57,103 nucleotides of DNA from a virus (Duplodnaviria > Caudoviricetes). Below the pieces are notes generated by a model. It searched no databases, had not been told where the DNA came from, and saw only the letters and a list, made by a program, of their open reading frames with translations. Below are positions 56,753 through 57,103 of the stretch, one piece after another (the stretch's first letter is position 1; every line of letters begins with the position of its first letter). Location: the IMG/VR virus record IMGVR_UViG_3300005805_000105, positions 1-57,103 of that record; one strand, written 5' to 3'. The translations under genes were made by a program, and so were the position numbers.

Positions 56753-57075
56753 TATTTTCCTACCTTTACTATTTCAAAGCCGAAACCTAAAATTCTACAA
56801 TTGCAACCATAGCCCCAATCATATGTATAGTAATAAAATTCTGTGGTCAAGTCGAGACTAAAACCGTACTGATAAAGATCATCGCTTGGATGCCAATCAG
56901 CATCAATCTTGGGACGTTTATAGAAAAGAAAATTGAATGGATGAAACCACTTAATATGAACATTGAAATATTCTTCCCATGTACGCGGCCTATCGGCCAT
57001 CCACATTGTTTCCGCAATCATTTTATCCAATTCTTCTTGGCTTAGTGTTTCGTTTAAGTTTTGAAAGTCTTTCAT
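56752..57075 (-). CDS. Hypothetical protein
   Basis: AAGGA RBS; intact ORF. Confidence 0.5.
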   Translation of the reverse strand: MKDFQNLNETLSQEELDKMIAETMWMADRPRTWEEYFNVHIKWFHPFNFLFYKRPKIDADWHPSDDLYQYGFSLDLTTEFYYYTYDWGYGCNCRILGFGFEIVKVGK

Positions 57076-57103
57076 TGTAATCCTTTATCAATAGCATCCC
57101 AAG

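Noticed and set aside
1-57103. Stop-codon reassignment
   Set aside because: Conserved genes are full length in code 11, and TAA, TAG and TGA all terminate genes

Overview
A 57 kb, AT-rich, densely packed segment of a large tailed dsDNA phage, with essentially every real gene on the minus strand. In coordinate order it holds: (1) a replication/recombination block (DEDDh exonuclease, C-terminally truncated DnaE, Cas4-like nuclease, dNMP kinase, primase, DnaB, RecA); (2) nucleotide metabolism (PhoH, dUTPase, class Ia NrdA/NrdB; further on dCMP deaminase, GMP reductase, ThyX); (3) fibre/adhesin-like virion genes with FN3, RCC1, LamG and P-domains, poly-Thr linkers and a GC-rich imported cassette; (4) a candidate lysis cassette (TM-PAS protein, holin-like protein, papain-like peptidase); (5) a phage sigma factor, glycosyltransferases, SSB, rIIA/rIIB, RmlB, trypsin- and subtilisin-type proteases; (6) a complete tmRNA gene, and many small hypothetical genes. 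Six HNH-type endonuclease genes are scattered through the window. An N-terminal LExRxLL motif on the subtilisin suggests a planctomycete host (inference). The most unusual signals are non-coding: a GGA-rich, terminator-ended CsrA/RsmA-type RNA plus GGA hairpin leaders; an intergenic GTGTATW motif upstream of 8 genes; and RBS-occluding hairpins on three HNH genes, one built from a duplicate of the tmRNA 3' end. All family calls come from reading motifs by eye; no searches were run.
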